Source of the DNA: Chrysomallon squamiferum
Taxonomy: Eukaryota > Animalia > Mollusca
Assembly (NCBI GenBank): GCA_012295275.1
Contig: CM022676.1
Span: 17,856,001 to 17,920,000 of the forward strand
Direction: 5' to 3'
DNA: 64,000 bases
Shown: positions 56,760 through 64,000 of the stretch, piece after piece
Layout of the letters: each line of letters starts with the position of its first letter
How positions within the stretch are numbered: position 1 is the stretch's first letter
The notes under the pieces: model-generated
What the model saw: the letters and a program-made list of their open reading frames with translations, nothing else
Databases searched by the model: none
Told to the model about the DNA's origin: nothing
Made by a program: the position numbers and the translations under genes

Positions 56760-58364
56760 TATGTGTGTGTGTTGTTTAAAATATACTATTAAAATAATAC
56801 TTAGATGATTTTCTTTTTACATATCTGCTATTTTTTTTTATTTATTTATTTATTTAATTGTTTGTTTGTGTTTGTTTATTTGTTTGTTCATTTGTTTATT
56901 TTTTCTCCCTCTCTCAATGTGGTAACGCAATCTTTATCTCTATTTAATAAATTTAGACAACTAAGCGAACTTTAGACTTGACAAAGCAGATTATTATGTC
57001 ATGCTATCACTAACTCGTGTTTCGATAACAAGTTCAACAGAGATAACAAAAGTTTCAAACCGCTCGTAGAAAATTACTAATGTAAAATATAACTACATTT
57101 ATAATATTAAACAATGAAAAGATTGATCATAAAGTAATTATTATTATTATTATCATTATTACTACACTTCTACTACTACTCCTACTCCTCCTCCTCCTAC
57201 TACTATTACTACCACTACTACTACTACTACTACTACGAATATTACTACTAGTACTACTAAATGAATTGTGTTTGAACTCTTTTAAAGAATATTAATCGAT
57301 TAAACAAAGTTTTTATCTTTCCTCAGTGTTAGTTTGTGTTTCGCTGTGCGTGCGTGCATGTGTGTGTGTGTCTGGACATTTGGCTTCGTTCTGAGCTTAT
57401 CTGGAGGTAATACGTTTTAGATTTCTAAGTAAACTTTAGACTTCACAAAACAGATTAGCAGATCATATTATCACTAACACGTGTGTTAGTTATAGCCTAG
57501 TTATAAACGAGGTGAACATACATAATTAAGTATAAGTAGATGAAACAAATGATATTGTCACTGTTAAAGAATAAAATATCATAAAGAAATTCGAAATTAA
57601 AAAACAGTAGTAGTAGCAGTAACAATAATAGTTGCAGTTATAGTTATAGTAGCTGTAATAGTAATAGCACTAGGAATAGAAGTAGTAGTAGTTGTAGTAG
57701 TAAAGCTGTTACAATATGAGTAGTATTAACAACTATAGCATTACTAGCAGTAGTAACAGTAATATTAGTGGTAACAATACCAGTAGACGGGATAGTAGCA
57801 ACAATAGTATAAATAGTTGTATTGGTAGAAGCAAAAGTTGTATTATCGAATGTACTAATAGTAGTTGAACTAGTTGTATTACTAATAATAGTATTGATAT
57901 TAGTAGTGGTAGTAAAGCCGTAGCAGTTGTAGTAGCATCAGTATTAGTAGTATTAGTAATACTAGTAATTGTAGTAGTAGTAGTTGTAATATTAGAGGTT
58001 ACAGTAGTTCTGATAAGTAAATATAAAAATACCACACCCCACCCGTTATATAAACAAAACCGGACCTGGCTGTTTTATTTCATGTTAAATCGAAAAGATA
58101 AAAGTGTATTGTTGATTAGTAATCGTTTTAACAGACGTATGTAATTATCAGTTTATCAAATAAGGACATGTTTTCAAGCTGGCATACCTCACCTGACTGT
58201 TATCTCGATCACGAGATGGTCAAAGTTCTGTTCAAGCGGGTATATTAGATCAGGTATTTGTGTGTTTGTCTCTTACAACTGAAACCTGGTTTTCACAGCA
58301 ACAGAGCCTGATTGTCATCTCCTTCTTAGAAAATATACAACCTGGTAAGGATTCCATTTTGTTT

Positions 58365-58487
<123 letters not shown>

Positions 58488-59809
58488 TTGCTCACTAGCT
58501 CGTTCTATCGCTCTCTCTCATTTTCTGAATCGTGATGATGCAATACCTTCGAGTTTTATTTATTATTTATTGATTTTATTTATTTCTTTATAATTATAAT
58601 TATCATTGCTGTTCGTGTTTCTGGTGTTGTTATTATTATTATTATTTTTGTTGTTATGGGTTGCTGTTTTTTTGGAGGGGGCATGTTTCTTATTGTTATC
58701 GGTTTTAGTTTATTTTACGTCGTGAGAAAAAAATCAGTATCATGTACATTGAACATTAATTTAATTGCTTTAGGTGTTGACAAAAATGTCTATGAATGTT
58801 ATATGTCTAAAATCTGAACTAACACCTGTGCAATTTTTAATAGTCCTTTTAAATATCCAAATATCCAAATATCCGAATACGAATATATATATATATATAT
58901 ACTCTCATTTTATCTTAGCAGCACAGAACTCAGTAAATATAATGGGTTGAGTGTGTCTTAAATGAACCATTTATTCCGTCCTTCCTTCCCTCCCTCTTTC
59001 ATTTTTTTATTATTTTTAATTTTATATTTGTCGTTTTTTCATTCATCCCTTTGTTCTAATGGAACATTCGTCTTTTTCTATCACATGTTCCAACCAGTAT
59101 ATAAAATGTTAGTGTATTTGTTTTCATCTACAATGGTAAAGATAAAAAGATGTTCGCTGGTACTGATGTACACGTGACACACTGTCCAGGGCATTGTAAT
59201 TATTTCCAATATGCTTATATGTTCGTTTGTTTCGATACAACAGACAAATAAGATCACTTAGCTAGAAGTGGGTAGAACACTGATCATTATGTTGTGAGGT
59301 TTACTAAATAGACATGAATTAAATATAATGTAGACCCAGACTTGAAAAAATATGCCCTGAGACAAGGAAGTTTTATTTATAATCATGTGTATTCAACTTG
59401 CCAATAAAAACGTAATAATGATATTAATTCGTATAATTGCATTATTTTCTGTTTAAGAGTTTGTCGATTGGGAGTAATTTCGTTGTTGTTGCTGTGTTTT
59501 GTCTTTATCGTCATTATTGAGATTTTATATCTTCTGACAGTTTAAATAATTTCACACGTTTTCTATTTATTTCTACACTTATGCAGATACTGTATTAACA
59601 ATGAATTTGTCAGATCGTTGTAAATAACAACCAGCTATAGTTTTGTTCTCGTGTGATACACTGTTTTTATCTGACCTACATAAGAAGCAAACAATCACGT
59701 GTTAGCTGTATCTTGATAGACTGGTCACGTGAAAATCGTCAGAGAAATAAGACATGCACACGATACAATTAGTATGTTGTTGTTGTTGTTGTTATTATTA
59801 TTACTGTAA

Positions 59810-59851
<42 letters not shown>

Positions 59852-60644
59852 ATGTGTGTGTGTCTCTAACATATAAATAAATACATGTGTGGCAGTAGTA
59901 ACACTAATGATATTAACGCTACTTGTAATGGTTGCAGTAGGTTTAATAGTAGAAGTTTCAATCGTAGAAGTAGTAGCAACAGTTGTTTTAGTAGCAGCAT
60001 AGGAATATCAGCCGTTGTTGTGAGAGTATTATTAGTAGTAGTCTTAAACTAAATTCATTATTGTTGTTGGTTGTTGGTGTCTTCATCATCAGTATTATTA
60101 TAATCGTCATCATTCTAATATAAGTCATATGAACTATGAATAGCTAATGCCATATTTTTATCCATCGTATTACTTTATTTAATTCCATTTATTTATTTAT
60201 ATATTTATTTTATTTTATTTTATTGTATTTAATTCAGTTATTTATTTATTTATTTACTGATATCTAATCTCATTGATCAATAGTAGAATAATTAAACAGA
60301 AAGTACTCGCTTCTAAGAAATTACCGATCATAGCTGGCACCGATATAGTTCTAAAGTAATAGTTTCACTTGTTTTTCCTTTTTCTTTTAAATTATTATTA
60401 TTTATTATTATTGTTGTTGTTGTTGTGGTGGTGGTGGTGGTGGTCGTGGTCGTTGTTGTTTTTGTTATTGTATACATTATATAACATAAATGTAAACAAT
60501 GCAATATAATAGGACTACATACAGGGAAAATCTACTTTAAGGAAAAATGTGTGTAAGATGATTGTACATGTCTCATAGCACGATTTGTTTATTTTAATCT
60601 GACATTCAAACCTAAGAAGTGACACTTGATAACGTAAAGATGTT

Positions 60645-60732
60645 TGACGTCAGTCACGTGTTTATCAGTGGCGGAATCTGATAGGTAAAAGTAAACAAAG
60701 GAGACGTGAAACAAGTCGGCCATATTCAAAGA
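60645..60732 (+). promoter_or_regulatory. Candidate promoter block of BTB copy 2 (CRE, E-box CACGTG, GGCCATATT)
   Basis: TGACGTCA at 60645-60652 and CACGTG at 60655-60660; homologous to 4003-4090. Confidence 0.45.
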
Positions 60733-62160
60733 GGATGATATTTTAAAATTTATTATGTTTTAACGATTCGAGTGTTCTTAGTTTGATTATTTTTAGTATC
60801 ATCAGAGTTAGTTCTCTAACAAATAGGTCATGATAGTGTGAAGATTTTTTATATATTCACAAGAAAAACGTTACATAAAGCCTGACTTGAAAATGTATTG
60901 TCAGCGAAATTTTATTTACAATTCTCGTATATGGATGTTACGGATGAAAAATTTAATAATAATATTATCTCATATAGTGTATTATTTTCGATTTTCTTTT
61001 TGTTTGGTTTATTGAAACTAATTCGGTTTTTGTTGTTGCTGTGTTTGTATGTAGCGTCGTTATTGAAATTATTTATCTTCTCACAATATAGACAAATGTT
61101 TTTTTATTTTATTTTCTGCACTTACGTGCACAATGTATTAACAGTGAAATCGTCACATTGTCCTAAATACCACAAGGACATAAACATTTTAACCTGGTCT
61201 TTAGTATGTTTTTTTTCTGTATTATTTGCAGTAGTACCCTAATACAGCTCTTATTTAATAAGTTATTATTTATTGAAGGCTTTTGGTATATGTTAGCTAT
61301 TTTATTTTTAGATCGTTTATACCTGAGCTCTATTCTAGAGGTTAAACAGAAAGTCGTCGCTTATCCGAAATTATCGATAAGAAATTTTTGAGGTAGGTAG
61401 CCATATTGAAATTACAAAGTATTTTATACTGTTTTCACTTTAAAAACATCGCATCTTGAACCTTTGTTTATCTTCTTTCCTTTTTTCTTACATGTTTTTT
61501 TAGATCTGTCACTGACGTATAATTTTGCTGACTTTTCGAAAAGTAAATTGGTATAAATGACAACAATTACATTGCGATATGAAAATCGTTTTTCCCACAG
61601 TGATTTTTTTTTTGTTTACCTTAACATACACATCTGTTTATAGTAATAATTATAATAATAATACAACTTTCTGTCTTCGTCATCATCACAGTAATCATTA
61701 GCATTCGTATAAGTTAATTATTTTCAACCTTTATCCGATGTTTTTCTTTCTTTTCCTATCTCTTATTTATTTATTTATTTATTTTTAGATCTCTGATCTC
61801 AGTGTTCAGTAGTAGAGGCGTTAAGCAGAAAGTAGTCGGTTTTTAAAAATTATTTTGGTTTGGTTATTTTTTTATATGGTTTTGGAATATGTCCGTGTAC
61901 TGGACATATGTACACGGAAATATTTGTAAATTATATTTAGTATGACGTTATTATTATTATTATTAGTGAGTTATTGATTTTATAATTTTATTTGATTGAT
62001 ATTTATTTGATATTTTTAATTATTATTATAATTACTTCTTTTTTACTAATTACTTAATTTAATTATTTTAATTTCACTTTTTTCCTTTTTCATGTTTTAT
62101 TGTTTAATTTTTGTTTTCTTTCTGTAGGAAATATTATTATTATTATTATTATTATTATTA

Positions 62161-62232
<72 letters not shown>

Positions 62233-62250
62233 TCTGTTTGTAGTTAAAAC

Positions 62251-63815
62251 ATGGCCACCGCAGCTGGAATCTCAAGTTGGCAGACAGGGAAGAATCTGAA
62301 AGAATGCATTGAACACGTTTTTCTTACAAGAACTCACACGGACGTCAGATTTTTGGTTGGGGAACATAAAACTGCTGTGGATGCTCACCGATTCATTTTG
62401 ATCATTCGAAGCGAAGTTTTTCATCAGATGATGACTGGAGAACTTCGGGAACAAACAAATATCAAAATACCGGATGTGCAGGCAGAAATCTTCTCCGAGT
62501 TTTTAAAGTATGTTAAAAAAACACACACACTCACATATATACACACACAGACTCACACACACACATACACACACAGTCATCGAAATATGCGTACGAACAC
62601 AGTAAAGAAGAAAGACATACATACAGACAGACAGAAACGTTGATAACAATACAGTTTTTGTTAGTAATCTAATTATTTTCTAATTAATTGATCTCACATA
62701 ATTATCTCACGTTTTGAAGTTTTACTCTACTTCTTTTACACAGATATCTTTATACGGATGACGTCGTCCTAAAAGGCGACAACGTAATCGGTCTGCTGTA
62801 TCTATCGAGGAAGTACATCATCACAACTCTTGAAGATCTGTGCACAAAATATTTCGAGTCGTCGTTGTCGTCACGGAATGCGTGCGTCGTGCTGGAACAA
62901 GCTCACCTGTTTGATGAACATGATCTAAGGAAAAAAACTCTGGACTTCATTTTGGAAAATGGCGACGAAGTTTTGAAATCAGATGAAGTCACCGATCTTT
63001 GTCACCAATGTCTTGTTGAGATCGTACGATCAGACGAACTGGCAGCAGACGAGAAAAATGTTTTTGAAGCCGCTGTGAAGTGGGCTGACAGCGCGTGCAG
63101 GAAGCAAGGGAAGACGACGAGTGAAAAAAACATGCGCGAAGCACTGGGAGAGGTAGTGAAGCACGTGCGTTATCCTTTACTCGATCATACGTATTTTGTA
63201 AAACACGTGACACCCACTCACATACTCACTGAAACAGAAGCATTCAAGGTTTTGAAAAACTTGGCGAGCAGTGATGAAGATATTTCACCTTTCAACTCAA
63301 ACATTAGAACTGCAATTATGAAAACACAGATTACAATAAACAGGTTTGATGTGTTTGGTGCATTATTTAGAGTATTTGGTTTCTTCTTGTCATGTTTTGG
63401 TAAAGAAGATGACGCCATTACTTTCTCTGTCAACAAAAACGCTTTACTTCGTGGATTTCAGTTGTACGGTGACCTTTTACCACGAAACTACGACATCAGT
63501 GCCTTCGTCACTGACACAAGAACAGACGAAATACTGGACGGGTCTACGCTGAAACAGAAATATGAACACGTCATGCCTGACGTGTATGACGTCGTGTTCA
63601 GACGTCCAGTGAAGATTACTAAAGACACTGAGTACAGCTTGTTTGTTAATATTAATGGAGGAGACTCATTGCGTGGACGTGAAGGTAAATCAGAAATTGT
63701 TGTAGACTCATTTGTTTGTAGATTTTCTGAGTCACACGAATCTAAACACAGTGACAGACCACTTCGTACAGGTGTGACAGAAGGACAAATACCTGCTTTG
63801 TTATTTTTAGTGTAA
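62251..63815 (+). CDS. BTB/POZ-BACK-PHR protein, copy 2; exons 62251-62507 and 62744-63815, about 442 aa
   Basis: Same intron position, phase and splice sites as copy 1. The frame is uninterrupted, the domain motifs match, and the C-terminus RTGVTEGQIPALLFLV is identical. Confidence 0.93.
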
Positions 63816-64000
63816 AAAAAAACAACATCGTTCAAATGCTGTCACTTTTAGTCATCACTGGGATCATATTTTCATTTATTTATTTATTTATTTGTTTGTT
63901 TGTTTGTTTATTTATTTATTTATTTATTTTTGTTTGTTTGTTTGTTTACGTTTTGTATTTATGATGATGTGAGACACTAGTGATGACGTCATACAGACTA

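Overview
AT-rich, microsatellite-dense animal genomic DNA with spliceosomal introns; a mollusc-like invertebrate is inferred but not proven. Three intact genes lie on the + strand. Two are paralogous two-exon BTB-BACK-PHR genes (BTBD2/3/6-like; 5467-6996 and 62251-63815). The third is a 12-coding-exon type I membrane receptor (25230-34339; signal peptide, 7 Ig domains, TM, tail with YxxL-x10-YxxL). The most striking feature is an eighth, fully intact Ig exon (28385-28708) lying backwards inside intron 3 of the receptor, on a 1.25-kb segment bounded by about 130-bp (GA)n and (TC)n tracts that form an inverted repeat; flipping the segment would restore an in-frame A-B-A'-B' exon array. The rest is a dead Tc1/mariner element, a hAT-type MITE in one BTB upstream region, a Harbinger/ISL2EU-like relic, minisatellites, and nested tandem and inverted duplications of non-coding modules, including exon-less copies of the receptor's upstream region. 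Gene models were built by hand from splice sites and reading frames; no searches were run.
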